A stretch of 64,000 nt of DNA, from NCBI RefSeq assembly GCF_000315625.1, contig NW_005434638.1, forward strand, positions 189,300 through 253,299. The letters are read 5' to 3'. Shown piece after piece: positions 45,601 through 60,600 of the stretch. Source of the stretch: Guillardia theta CCMP2712. Its lineage: Eukaryota; Protista; Cryptophyta. Each line of letters starts with the position of its first letter. The first letter of the stretch is position 1. The notes beneath the pieces are model-generated. The model was not told the DNA's origin, did no database searches, and was given only the letters and a program-made list of their open reading frames with translations. The translations under genes were made by a program, and so were the position numbers.

Positions 45601-48600
45601 CAGTCGATCCAGCTCTCGATGATGGAGTTGTACAAATAGTAGCAAAATTGATTCCGTGCATTGTACCCGTTAGGGTACCGTGTGTTGGAAAGTTTGTAAC
45701 TACAAGTGAAGAAACCGACGGACCATCGTAAGAGCCCAACTTTGAGAATGTCGATATGAAAGTCTCCTGAGTTATGATCAGAAGCAGTGTCCTTCCAATA
45801 CCCGGCGCATGTTTACATTCCAGGGAGGAAGTGTTCAACCAAACGGTGGATTCACAACCACTGTAGCCGAGTCGAAGCTTGGTGGTCAGCACCATAGCAG
45901 ACTGTTGGTCAATGATGACGCTAGAACTATGCTCGTGAAGTGGGAGGTTACTTGCAACAAAGTTCGAGTACGACGGATGATCGAATGTGAATATCTCAGA
46001 AGTAGAACTCAACTTGACGCTTGTTGTCAAAGTGACACCACACGAGCGCCTCGTTCCTTTGCTTGGGTTACAGCTTAGAGAAGACAAAGAGATCCAAAGA
46101 CTCTGTTCACAAGTGGTTTGTTGTATCTGTGCAGATGATGTAAAATATAATGTACTTGGGACTGCCATAGACAGAATTGTTTCAGATGGAGAATTGGTGT
46201 AAATTAGATTGGAAATTGCGTTAGCTGAGTATGAAATTGCTTCAGTAACAGTGCCGACAAGGTTAGCGCTGGTTATCGTCATTTTCATGCTGGAATGGTG
46301 GAAAGAATGTCCAGTACATGTCAAGGCTGTATCTGATATCCATGTGGTTGCTTCACACAACGTTTGCGATACAGCGCCTGAACTAGTGAATTGTATCGCT
46401 GAGAAATCTCCAAAGAAGGTGGATGTAAAGATTGCAAAGCTGGTATTCAATTGAACATTTCCATTAGATAAGCTCGAGATTGCAGGTGATTGATACGTCA
46501 AACCTTGCGTCAAAGTAACGACTCCAAGACTGCCCGTGAGCACGATATGCAAGCTGCCGCCCGCTCCGAATGAAGTCTTGCAAAGGATCGAATGGTCCGA
46601 GCTCCAATCTGACTGCTCACAACCAGTGAAACCACTACGCACTGCAGGTGAAAACCCGGCAGGGAGTGAATGGTTGAGCTGAGAAAGGAGAACGCTGAAA
46701 TTCGACTGCATTGGAAAAACGTTGCCAGTCATCAAGCTCACGTGGAATACATCATAGGAAAACAATTCAGAGGAAGTTTGTGTCGCGTCACCGATGCTAA
46801 CTCTGACAGTCAAAGAGGAACCTTTGCCTTGGGCAGCCCTCACGGTGATAGATGAAGTTGAATGCCAAGACGAGCTTTCGCAGGCAGTGTTGCCCAGAGA
46901 TGAAGTGAATGTGTGAAGCGGTAAGTTCAAGGTCATCAACCTGAATACATACTCCTGTGTGTTTTGAGGATACAATGACGTGAATTCGAGCAAGTCGAAG
47001 GATGACGCTTCTGTCAAAGTTTCAACTTGAAGACTCTGCGTTATTACAACAGAGCGAGTCTTTTCGAACCTCGAATCTGCTCGGGCTTGAACGGAAGTCT
47101 CGGAAATCCAATCCGATGCGCTGCTTCCAGTGTTGGCTACTCTTGTGACAGGTGTGACTACACCAAACGATCCACGTGTAAAGAGGAAAGAGTTGTTTGA
47201 GGAAGATCCAAAGTTTGCTGAAGAGACAGCCAACAACACTGGTTTGTCGAAAGACAAGGCCTCCGATGTAGATGCAGCTGCTCCAAATGCTGTCAATACA
47301 AAAGGCTGTGTATGTTGACTTGTTCTGCAGTCCACCAATGCCTTTATCGCTGATGAATTCGACCAGTCAGTGCTCTCGGCACTGGTAAAACCGATCGAGA
47401 GACTGGCAGACAAAGCCCCAAGATCACTTGTGATTCTGTACTCCAAGACACCATGGCCTCCAACATTGCTGAGAGTAGAAACGAGATCTGATATTACGTC
47501 ATAGGAGACGCTTTCAGTGAGAGTGCCGGTAGAGCCTGCGACTGTGACTGATACTTTCATGGAACGTGAGAACCCATACGAAGGCAGGGCATAAATGCTG
47601 GTCTCCGAAGCCCAAACCGTGCCTTCAGCAGCTGTAGCTGAGATCACAGCAGAAGTTGTTAGACCAAAACTTGTGTAGGAGAGTTGATTGACACCGATTA
47701 GTTCGAAATTGGTATGTGGGATGACATTTCTATCTGGAACAGAGCTGACAATGTACACGTCATAGGATGAAGCTTCTGTCAAGGTCGAACTGACCGCTGC
47801 AGCTGTAAGAATCATCGTCAGGCTGCTCCCAGATCCAGAGCTTGTTTTACAAGTTGAGCTGCTCTCTGAGGCCCAGGTCGTGGCTTCACAAGCGGTATGG
47901 CTGATTGCAGCAGAAACGCTTAAATCACTAGGAAAGAAAGAGATATTCAAGATTGCGTATGTGTCTCTGTATAGGTGATTGCTGTATGAATCAGATGCAA
48001 TGACAACTGAATCATAAGAAAGGGAATCAGTTATCGTCCCTGCAGACTGAATGCTGGTCACGACCACTGACAATGTCTGCCTCGAAGTTGTTGCGAGTGG
48101 AGGCATACAAAGGATACTTGAAGTTGACTGCCATTCGGTACTTTGAGCCACTGTCTGACCCAGCCTCGTATTCAAGGTCAAGCGGGGAAAGTTTCCCAGA
48201 GATGGACGCAACAAAGTCAGCTGTGAGGCCTGATATTTGACAAGCAGGTTTGCGTTCTGAATGTCCGTCAGAGTAGTCATATCGAAACTGTACAATCGAC
48301 TTGTCGAGCTGGTAGTCACGGCAGTAGTTAAGATCAATCCTCGACTGGCACTGGTACCTTGAGAGACAAGCGCACATAAAGAAGTCAACGACGTCCATGA
48401 TGTCATTTCTGCTCCAGTCCCACCTATCCTGGAGGCTTCAGACAAGCTTTGATATCCACTACCAATGGGGAACCAGATGAAGCTCTCAGTGCGATCATAG
48501 AAATTTTGGCGTGCGGGTATTAGGTCAGAGAGCTGTAAGCTGTACGATATGGACTCCGTGATCGATTGAATGACACCAGCGCTGGAAGATATTGAGACCG

Positions 48601-51600
48601 GGCGGGAAGAGATGAAGCCTGCACTAGTCTTGACCGTCAATGACGAGACTGAGTACCAATCAGTGCTTGGTGATACACTTTGCCCTAAGGATGTTCGCAC
48701 AGTGCTTGACTGAAGCCAACCTGAATGACATGAAATATGAATCATCATACTGGAATTGGACGCTAAATTCGAAGGTTGGAATGCGGTGATCGAGTCCATT
48801 TCTATTGTGACCCCCTCAGTTACTGTGGATAAAAGATTGGACGCGGTCAAAACTACTTTCTGACTTCTTTCTGGGAGTTCTAACTGTTTGCATGAGATTG
48901 ATACTGTGCTAGCCCAAAAAGTACTTTCACAAGAAGACATACCAATACGAAGAGCAGCAGAAAATTGGCGGACATCTGACATACTGAGGTTCAACAGGCT
49001 TGATCTGGAGCCAGGCTGAAGATTGATACTGAAACCGGATGAGATCTGAACAGCATCAAACGTCAATAACGATGTAATTGTGCCCATAGAAACACCCTGG
49101 GAGATCGTGAAATGAATGCTTCCCTGTAATCCATATCCAACCTTGCACGTAAGAGCATCAGGGGACGACCAGTCTGTGTATTCGGCCTCTGAAACTCCGA
49201 TGGATGAGCGGCTGCTAATTCCGTAGCTCGGCAGCGTTACATTCGAAGCGAAGACAATGCAACCAGGGACGAACAAGTTGGTGGAATTCATTACGAATTG
49301 AGCCAAGAGATCATAGGAATACGCCGACGAGACGGATCCTAGATCAAGCGATTGAGTCACTGATATTCCAAGGGATGTGGAGAAGGAGCTTGAGTATTTC
49401 GTGTAAATCAGACTATCAGACAGCCACATAGTGCTCTCACATGCCGTTCTTCCAATTGAAGACTTCAAAGATAAGAACAAACTTTGAGTCGAATTGTTCA
49501 AAACCCTGAGAATGTGAACATTTTGAACAGAATTTGATCCTTCTACACCAGAGATGTAAGTGGAATCATACGATGCAGCGTGGGAAAGGGAAGCTGAAGA
49601 TCCCGAAGACGTCAAAACTATGCCCAAGCTTCTTCCAGTCCCTCTTGCACACAAGGAGGATACTGCACTACTGCTAAACCATGCAGAGGCCTCAGAGGGC
49701 GTCCCGTATATGCTCGCACGAATAGTGTTGTCATATTTCGCCCGACTTGTGCCTGTTGTTTGCAGAAACACTTCACTTGGCAGAATATTTTGATAGTGAG
49801 ACGAAGATAGTGACATTGGATCGTAGGATATGAGTGAGGTCGCAGTAGCGACACCAACAGCCGTCAAGACCACGCTAGAAGACTTCCGTATGGTGCTGTG
49901 TGAGACGCCGACGATAGAAGTTGTAGAAATCCACGTGGTAGATTCGGATGAGGAAGATCCGAGTCGTAAGAGGGAAGAATAAGGTCGTTGATTGAAGTCA
50001 ACAAGAGTTGAAATGACAACAACGTCCTTCTGATTTGCGACAGCGTTCGTGCGACTTGATGAAATGAACAGAGTATCGATGGACAGCAATTCTGTTATGG
50101 TACTGATTTTGTGTTGGATCGTTATAAGCACGCTAGCGCTATGCGTCGGAGTCATGGTTGCTTTGCACTTTGCGCTTGTTTCTGACGACCACTCTGTAAC
50201 TTGACAGCTCGTAAAGCTGATGCGTGCGGCAGCAGTTACGTACTGTGATAGAAAACCAACGCCTTGTAGTGTTATGGATATCGATCCCGTCTGAGCCAAG
50301 TTCTGCATGGTTGCACCTGAAATACTCGCGGAATTGAAGGTGAACATGTCAAGCTTAGTGCTGACTTTCGTTCCAGCCGTCACCACTACGGCAGTTTGAA
50401 ACGTAGAAAGCTTTCCCTTGCTGATCAAGAGTGCGGTGTCTGATATCCAAGACGAAGATTCAGCTGGGGAATACCCGATCATGGAGAGAAATGTATGATC
50501 TGACAATCCGAAGCGAGAACCAAACACGCTTACAAGACTAGCCACCCCTACGTACATGTTTTGAGGACTTGACGATATCAGCGTCTGTGTGTCAAAGGTT
50601 ACCAACTCTGTCCGGGATGTGGCGACACCTCCTGATGAAATCACAAAACTATGAGTGGATGAGAATCCACTAGCAAAACATCGGACTATGGTGTCGGATA
50701 GCCATTCCGTACTTTCACAGGAAGAAGAAGCAATCCTCCCGCTGCTTGTAGCGAACAGAAGAGCTAGGGTTGTGCTATTTTGAAATATTTGTGCAGTAGC
50801 TTTGTCTGCCAAATTCCATGAATAATTCTTGCTGTAGTACAAAGAACCCAACCCTGCGTAAAAATCGTTGTCAGAAATCAATAATGGCACACCAAACACA
50901 TACCATCAAAGCTGAATGCTTCACTCTGACTTGACACGATGGAATAGGATGTTATCAGCATCGACAGAGTCTGACCATATCCTTCATGAAATCTACATGA
51001 TATCGAGTACTCTGACCCCCACTGAGTGGAATCTGCTGCTGATCCACTCATCCTTGCAGACATTGTATCAGAAAGGAAGGAATAGTACTGAATTGCGATC
51101 ATATTCTCTTTTGCAAGATTTTGAGCCGACGTGTTCTGAATACTCAACGAATCCATTGAGAATAATTTGGTGAGGGTTCCAACTTGATCGTACAGAGAAA
51201 TTGCGACGCTTTTTGACGAAAATCCCACAACTTCATTAAGGCACACTATCGAACTTGAAGTGATCCAATACGTTCTCTCACAGGGAGTTCCAGAAATGCG
51301 AATGGATGAGGATAAAATTGTTTTGGTTGCATTCTGGACAAGTAGGATCATATCATTCTGATTTCGGGGAATGTTAGATACGTTTGACGGTGAGAATGAG
51401 ATGTGGTCAAAGGAGAATGACTCTGTCATAGTTGATGTTAAACCATGACTGGTCAACCGGATTGATTGAGAAAGGTGTGATCCCAAACCGATGATACACG
51501 ATACTTGTGAATTGGACGTCCATTCCGTCGATTCCATTCGTGAAAATTCAACATTAGACTGCAAGCTATTATCATAAATGCCATAATCTCCTGAAATTGT

Positions 51601-54600
51601 TGCCATGGCACCAATACCAATTGATGGTGCATTTTTTAGACTGATGTCTGATATCACAAAATCATCATAAGTGAAGAAACCAGAAACGCTGGCGACTTTA
51701 ACCCCAGCTGTTGATACAATATCTTTAGTGCGGTAAATTCCAAATGGTGTCTTGCATCCTATAGAACTATCGGATTTCCAGGCAGACGATTCACATCTCG
51801 TCAAATGAATTCGTTGCTGTGACGTCACATCGTGCTTGACAAGACTGATGTCTATCAAGACGAAAAGTGGAGCTGAACTGTTGATAGAGAGTGATGTCAA
51901 TGGGACGTGATTTGACTGGCTCAATCTGGTTATGGATAAGCTGTCATAAGACATCATTCGAGTTGTCGTCCCTACTTGCACTCCAGAAGTCACTTCCATT
52001 CGTCGAGTAAGACCCACACCAGACGCCCTTGTAGCCGACAAACTAGTTGCACTGGTCCACTGCGTTGATTCACAGCCCGAAACAGAAATTCTAGCTTTCA
52101 ACGACTGGTCCAGCTGCCAGCCAGCACCAACAAACTCATAAGGAGGAGTTGAGAATTGCCCCACGTTGGTTGACTTTGAACTACCATAAAAGCTTGGCGT
52201 CTCATACTGCAGAGCTTCAGTCAAACTGCTTGATGATCTCACGACCGTCGCTGATAGCGATTTAGTGCTTCCTCCACCTGCTGCAAACTTCATTGAGAGA
52301 GTCGTGTCTGATACCCAACCAGAGTATGTCGACCCTGTCCCTCCAATTCTCTGGCGCGAGGAGGATACAAATGAGCCGAAATTTAAGCCAAGCACAAGGA
52401 CGGAATTGGTGTAATAGGTGCACCATCCGCAGGTTCGGCAATAACTTTCAACATGAGGCACATGCAGGTATAATTCAGAGCATTTCAGCCCCGATGAAGC
52501 ATATTGACCCTCTTGTAGATTATCACACATAGTGATGGGATAAGCAGTTGTTCCATCATAATTCAGTTTGTTGCATAATCGATACTGTGAGATGGAGGAA
52601 TCGTAAAAAACTGCTAGACACGGACATACATTCGCTCCCACACACAGTGAAGGCAGTATGTCACAAATTCGCTCTGCTTCGTTCAGTGTATCATAAGTTC
52701 CTCCGGCTGTTCCTTGCTCACAAGAGCCCAAGAGCTGCACAAACTTGAGAGATCCTTCAGAAGGCAATCGTCCCGCATTGATGCTAGATATTACGTTCGA
52801 ATCATACGAAACAATCTCTGTGCTGCCACCATAATTTCGAGATACCGAGACTGCTGTGGAGAGGCTGTGCGATAAGCCTCTTGGAACCTTACCTGTGATT
52901 GTTGAATCACTTGTCCAAATGGTTTCAGCACAGGAGCTTCCGGTATCTTGAGGAAATCCGATTCTTGACCGTGCTGTGTAACCTTCCAGCCCAAAGTTCT
53001 CACCGATAGAAACGAGTAATGCAGTTGGATTCAAACACGCGAAATTGAAAGCTGAATTCGCCAATACTGTCAAATTCATCGATTGGTTAAACCCAAAAGA
53101 TGGACTCGAAAAAGAAAACGCATACGTAATGCTTCCTGCAACCTTCCCTACGGTCACACCAGATATGAGGTTCTTGCCGACACCATGCGCAGGTAAACTA
53201 GCCATCGAAGTTACTGAAATCCAGGAACTCTTCTCCGATGCAGAGGAACCAATCCTGCTTGAAATACTTGCATCAAAGGTTGGGGACAAGATTGCACCAT
53301 ATAGAATCGTTGGGATCAGCGACGTGGATGGTACATTGTTCGGCAGCAATCTTCTGAGGCTTGGACTGTCATAGGTGAAGAATTGAGAAACAGTCAAGCC
53401 TGGAGTTTGAAGTTGCGACTGCAAAGTCACGATAAGATCCATGTACAAGTTGTTGAAACCAGCTATGAACGTGGAGGGCAAAGAAGTGTCTGAAACCCAT
53501 TGAGTGATCATGGCAGCAGACCCACCAGCTCTTGAAGCTGCCGTATAGTCTGCTTCACCAAAGTTCTGCCCGAAAAGAGTAATCCTTGAACCTCGCATTG
53601 GCAGGTTGGATAGAGCCACTCCGTATAAAGATGGGGCGTCGTATGAGAATGTCGCAAAGACTGTCGGCATGGAAACATGATCAAACAGCTTGACGGTGAC
53701 GTTGTTGCAGCACCCCACTCCAGGACTTGAAAGCGCACGGATTAGAGAGGAAGAATACCATGTTACTCTTTCGCTAGCAGCGTCAATCAAGGTAGAACCA
53801 ATGAAGACAGATACAGGACATACCGGTGCGGGTTGATCGCCCAGATTTGATCCGACAACGGTCAATAGAGTTCCACCACTTGTTGGACCATTCCATGGCA
53901 CGGAGTATGCTACTTCTGGAAGATTGGCAAAATACTGAAAGGGGGCAGATTGGATGGGATATCCATGATAAAAATTATTTCCTGGTATAGTCTCAAAAAC
54001 CGGAACGTCCGAATTCTGCCAACGTAACTTGAATACAGATCCGAATGGCTGAACCGCAGGGTCCGGTTTTTTCAGGTACTCCAGCTTAAAATCGAAATAG
54101 TTCACTGTGTCAAGATATAATGGAGCATTAAACGATGTCGCATCAAGGCTTTCCCACTGGTCCACAAGGAGTTTGTTGTTGATCCAAAGTCGCACTCTTT
54201 CATCACTTACGAGGACATTCACGTTTTCATAATTTATTTGCGATACTTCTCCAATGGAAAGCTGTACCTCGTATGTGCTTGGATAATCTGGCTTCAAGAA
54301 TCCAGTCCATCGAACTGAGAAAGGGTTGTCGCCTACATAATTTAGGCCATCCAACTCGACGTTTCTTGGCAGACTACACTGGCAAGGTATTCCATTACAT
54401 TGAATACATGCGGAGGAGAAGTCGATGTTGGGCTCAAGCAGTGAAGCTGCTGCTGTGCTCTCATTCAGGTTGTCACTAGCGTAGTAGGTCGCAGCAAGCT
54501 CAATGCCGTTCAATAAGGAAACGAAGATCCAATCTCCCGAGCTCTGGCCCACATATGACACTTCATAGTACCCAAAATTGGTCCAGGTAACAGACGAGTA

Positions 54601-57600
54601 GGTGGTTCGACTGGATTCTTGCTGATACTGGAAGTTTGGTGCATTAGTGAGTCGAACAAGCCATACAGCTTGGTCATCAGAGATTGTGTTCCCGTAGGCA
54701 TCCCGAGCGATAATTGTGAAGCTGGTCTCAGAACAAACTCTTGACAAAGTCAGACCCAACCCAAACGCTTGACTGGTGGAAGCGCAAGGAAACTGCGAAT
54801 TGCTCCGAATTGGAGCAGGAAAGCCCAGCAGGGTGTACGCTTGGAATAGATCAGTGGAAGGCACAATTCTGAACGGGTTTTGCAAGTATGACCATCGGAA
54901 TTCAAATTTGGCACTGCCAGAAATTTGTCGATATTTGACCTCAATCGGCAAGAATGGAGTGATCGCCGATTTTGAAAGGACCGTTGCACTGGGACTCAAG
55001 GAATTAATGGACACCCATTGATCAATAATGATTGAGTTGTCCATCCAAACTTTGACTCTTTCGTCGGCTCCACCAACCAACGACTGGAAAGTGTAGACTG
55101 ATACGTACTTCAACTGAATATACCCACTCCAGCGCACAGAGAACGATTGACTACTTGTCAAAGAAGGATTCAAGAAGTCGTTTTCAGAATTCAAAGCTAA
55201 GTATGGGTCAACGCTGCTCTTCTTTGGATTTCGCATCATGTAATTGTCATAATACGTCGCGATCAGTCCTCCACCTGTAACGAGCTGAACGTAGATAGAA
55301 TGAGTCCCAGCCAAAGTGATTGCCGTGTAATTGACGAAATATTGTCCAGAACCTGAGTCCTTCACGTTTCCTCGAGTAATTTCTGGACCACAACAAGAAT
55401 AAATTCGCACAGTATAAAAGTCACCTCCAGATGTTTTCTGATTGTAGAACGCGTCAACAGATTGTATGGTGAAGGAATTGATCAATCCTGCAGTCGATAA
55501 CGATACATCATTTCCAAATGAGAAAGACTTAGATGCGCAAGTCGTGGCCGGCAAGACATTCACTCTCCAAGGTTGACCAATCAAATCAAGATTCCAACTG
55601 AAGAGTTGAGCTTGAAGGTAGGACCTCGGAGCTGTTTGAGACTCCCACATCAACGAAAGCAATTGCGGCCCTTCATAATGTTTGTATTCGATTCGAAGGG
55701 GATAGGATGAAAGCTGCTGAAAGGAAAGAGTGACTTGTTTCTGCAGAAGAATCTTGACCGCAAAGTTGCTGCCATCGGCGTATTCAGCATCCAAGCTTGT
55801 CCACTGGTCGATGATCATATGATGATCCAGCCAAACCCTCACTCGGTCACTTTTGGTTGCTCCCATGCATGCCCAGAATGTGTATTCATTAAGTTCCGTC
55901 GGAGTGATAAAACCAGTCCACCTCGCACTGTATGTGTAACTGTCAGTGAGGCTCAAACTATAGCCCCCTTCCGATAAAGGAGGAGGCTGAGTACCCTGAA
56001 CAGAGCCAGGGACCACGCCTGGGTCAGATTGAATGAAAAGGCTCAAATACTTGTAAGACTCAATGGACTTGACCGCCAATGATGTTGAGAGATCGACATC
56101 GTCAAAGAAGGTAGCCTGCAGCCCATATGGTATTGAGAAGCTGGCATACAAAACCGAAGGTCCTGCCTTTGTGATTGACTTGAAGCTCACTACAAAAGAG
56201 TTTGCAGACGATGAGATGGATCCTTGTGAAACTAAGACATTCTCAGATGAAACATTCCATTGCGGGGAAACTTGACGGACAGAAAAAGAGCTAACGACGT
56301 CCTGATTGATTGAGGTCGGGTTCCCATACTCGTCTTGTGCTACAACGGTGAAGGTGCTCGAGAGCCCTGCACTGGCTAAGCTCAATCCATACCCATGCAC
56401 CATTGATCGTTCGCTGCAAAATGTCGAAGGGGCCAGGAAAACAGCGATGGGAAGAGGTTGTCGCTGAACTAGGATAGATAATCGTGATGAGGGAACGACC
56501 TGCTGGAGGATCACGGCTATGTCTGAAGTCTCCCAAGCCATCTGAAGCCCTCGTCCACCAGTAGAATCTTTGTAATCAATCGTTATGGTGTAGAAATTCT
56601 GAGCTGGACATTCGAATTGATACGTTTGTGCAATATTGATCGAGTTTAAGCTTTCCCACTGATCTATCAACAGATTACCTTCCATCCAAAATCTGACGCG
56701 CTCGTCGGTCTCTTTGACCGAGAGAGTAAAAGTATACGCTTGAGGATATGCTGCTTGTATGTATCCCTGCCATCGAATGGACAAACTGCTTTTTCCTTCC
56801 GTAATGGAGCGGGGAACTCCAGGGTACAAATCGAATGTGCAATATGCATCCGCACAGGACGAACTCGAAAAGTCTATTGTGTCAGTTAGTATCGAATAAA
56901 TTGGCACAGTCATGTCAGGGAAATCATAGAAAGTCGCGAATAGTCCAACATTTTCATAAGAACTTTCTTCAGAAAGGACTTCAGTGCGATACAGAAAAGT
57001 CGGATCTAGTTCCGTCCTGACAATGTATTTGGGACATAGACATCTGAATTGCACAGTGCATGAAAAATCGTTCAACTTCAAGTTGAGATATATCTTTCCT
57101 GTCGCAACTTCAACAAAACACCCTGAAGGTTTGGAAATGCTTTCGACTGTCTCAATACCAGGTGAAAGATATCCTAGTGAGGTGGCTATCTCCTGACATT
57201 CTTGCAGGTTGAGTGTAATTTCGTCACAAATTCCAGAATCATGCTGAAAGACGTCATAGTAAGTCCAATTCAAAAGAAAATATGCAGCTTGAGTGATTGC
57301 GTGTTGATAATCAACTCTGATTGCTTTGAGAGATTGTATAACTTGAAAATCATAGATTGGAATCGAAGTAGTGTTCCACTGTGAGTCTAGACTTGTCCAT
57401 TGATCAATGAGGAGTTGATTATCTATCCACAACCTGATCCTGTCACTCTTACTTCCCAGGACTGCAAAGAAGCTATTGAATTGCCCCAAGGAAATCATTC
57501 CTGATAAGCGCAAAGACATTGGCTGAAATCTCCCCGACAGAAACTTGAAAGATTCATTTATGGCATTCAGTGGCTCCACCAGGAGGGGCTCTTGGAAATC

Positions 57601-60600
57601 CAACCCTGCATAGTACGTTGCCATCAAACCGTTTCCAACCACAAACGCAGCCTCGAGCTGATGAGTGCCAGAATCCGTACGGACATACGAGGCAACACGT
57701 TCGCCAAGGACGATGTCGAAGTCAACACTCATGGGAGTCCACGAACCGTTCGATTCGATGAAATATGCCACAAACAGATCGTCAGCATTCTGCTTCACGT
57801 TTTGAAATTCATCTCTAGACTCAATGAGAAACGTTGACAGAAAACCAACAGTACTGAGAGTCAGAAAGGTCCCGCGTAAATGGGAGAACGATGCGCAAAC
57901 GATGGATGGTTCTACTGTAACCGAGAAAGGAAAAGGACTATTTGCAATAGAGACAGGGCTATGATATAAGATAGAAACAGGAATCTGACCCTCGAAGGAT
58001 TCAGGATCATTCCATTCCAACTGGCAGAAGGAATTAGGTGAGCTACGATAGAATAGAACATCAATGCTGTAATACTTATTCCCCAAAAGTTTGATGCTGG
58101 ATCTGGAAGGATTTTTGACGTAATCTAAGACAATTTGGCCGTTCAGTCTCAGGACAAGTCTTCCCTGGCAATTTGAGGAAAATGTGTAGGTGGAAGTTAC
58201 CAAAATTTGTATGAAACCCATCCAACGGACAGAATTGACAGAGGAATAATTTCTATAAAGGTCATTCGAATCGAATAAAATTTGACTATCCACCTGAGTG
58301 AAAACAGGCTGCTGCATTGCAGTATCCTGGAAGTAAACGCCAAGTAATCCTGCGCTTCTCACAAGAGCAACATTCAGCTGGAATGATCCAGCTTTAGATG
58401 ACATGATTCTGAATCTCTGGAGATCAGATTCGCTCAAGTCTAATTCACCCAAACTGGCACAGGAAAACAAGTTGGTGTACTGTCCTGATCGCTCCCGCCA
58501 CAGTGGACCGTTTTCAGGCTGAACCTCACCATCGAACAGGGTGCTCACGAAAGTTGGATCTGGTATCAAATTTTGAAATTCATCGCGCATGATAATAGAA
58601 TATGTAGCGTATACTCCAGCAGTGAGTGTTGTCACCCCAGAGACAATGCTCTGTGACGCACTTGCAATGCTTGGGAGCACGGTTATAGAATGGGGAAAGC
58701 CCTCAACTCTAGCGTTGGTATACAACAAGTATCGATCTTGATTGGAAGAGAATGTCAAACCGCTGGGAAACGTCTCATTTGCTCCCAGTTCAATTTGTGA
58801 CAACTCAATCTTCAAGCTGTAAAACTTGCTTGATAATTCTCTGAAGTCGTACGTCCCGCTGCTCTCCCTCCCCCCGTCTAGACTGCTCCAGTGATCCAAG
58901 ATCAGCTCGTTGTCTACCCACACCTTCACCCGCTCGCTCCCGCTCCCTACCCGCCCGTAGAAAGTGTACACCTCCCCTCCCTCCGGCCGCATGAAGCCTC
59001 CCCACCGTATGCTGAAGCCCGCGTAGTTGGATATGCTCGAGCCGGGGGGAGGGGAGCCAGGGGCTGCGGAGAAGTCCATGTCGGGGACGGGAGCAGACTT
59101 GACAGCGAAGGCGGGGTCAAGGTCGGGAGAGTCGTAGTAGGTGGCTTGTAAACCTCCAGATCTCACCAGATTCAAATCCAAAGTTGCGTTTAAAGCAGCC
59201 AGTGTTGTATTTGCTGTGATGTTGTAACTGCCAAACAGCTTTGTCCTCTCATAAAAACCGTACACAGATCTTGTACTCTCAGTATACACATTGCTGACAA
59301 GATACGTGCCTGGCTCCAAATCTCTCACATTACCAAAACTATCCCGCAAGTTAATCAGAAACGAAGATTCGATTCCTGCTGTCCAGATCGTCACGAGTTT
59401 GGTCGTTAGAATCTGCTTGGCCGAAACATTGTTTGGTACTATCAAGAGTTCGAATGGAGATCCTTCGACATCAATTGGACTCATCTTGAAAAAATGTTTT
59501 GGAATCACTTGCCGCTCGATGTTTCCGAACGGTCCGTTTGTGCTCCAACTCAATGAAAGACTGCTTCTGCTGATTGAGTTCTTATATTCCAACCGAATTT
59601 CATGCATCAGCCACGAGGTCATGAATGACGTCCCTGAAACTTCAACATTCTCTAAGCACGAACACGAACCTGTCCAGCACGATATGTTTGGATTACAGGT
59701 TGTGGTAAAATTAGAACAATCACACGTGCAAATCTCCGTAAGCCCTTGGCGGGTCTGGCAGTTTCTGTTGAGAGGAGTGTGAATGATCGCAGCTGATAAG
59801 CTAGTCCATTGATTGATGACGATCTCTGAATCTATCCATAGCTTCACTCGTTCATCGGGATCAGACATTCGAACGTAGAAGCTGTACTCTTGTCCGATTG
59901 ACGTATAGATGAAACCATCCCAACGTATGCTGAACGGCAGTTCACCCTTCTCCTGTCCTTCAGTGTAAGGCAAGATTGGAGCGACAAGACCCCAGTCAAA
60001 GTCAAGATTGTCGTCCACTTGCGAGACTAAGCTAGTTTGAAAATCACCAACAAAAAGTTCAGACATGATTCCGTCAGATTCGCACATCTTTACATCGATC
60101 ACGTGCCTTCCACTATTGACTGGAAAGTAGATAATGTTGTAAGCTTGCGAGTTTTCCTGCGCATCGATTTGGAAATTACCTATCAGTTGGGTAGTCGCAT
60201 TGATTGTCAATCCAGCATTGAAGCCATGCCAAGCATTCGAGAAAGCATCATTCAAAGTGATCATCAGGTAAGACTCCGCACCAGCAGTTACCAACGATTG
60301 GGGAGTGACGGATGAAAGGGCACTGGAAGGTTTGCTGGCTTGAAAGATCTCCACGGTGAAATTAGCGAATCGCAGGTATTGACCATCAATGAGGATTTCA
60401 ACGTAGAAGACAGATTGTTGCAAGTAGGTTGGCGTGTAGGAGACTATCACCTCTGACCCATTCCAGCTCGTCTGCCCAACACTCGGGACAAGATTCATTA
60501 GCTGAGCGCGCAAAACTGGGGGATTGACTGATAGGAAATCGTTGCCATAAACATCTTTGAAAGCAAGAGTGAATTGACTTTGGATTCCCACAGTCGCCAA

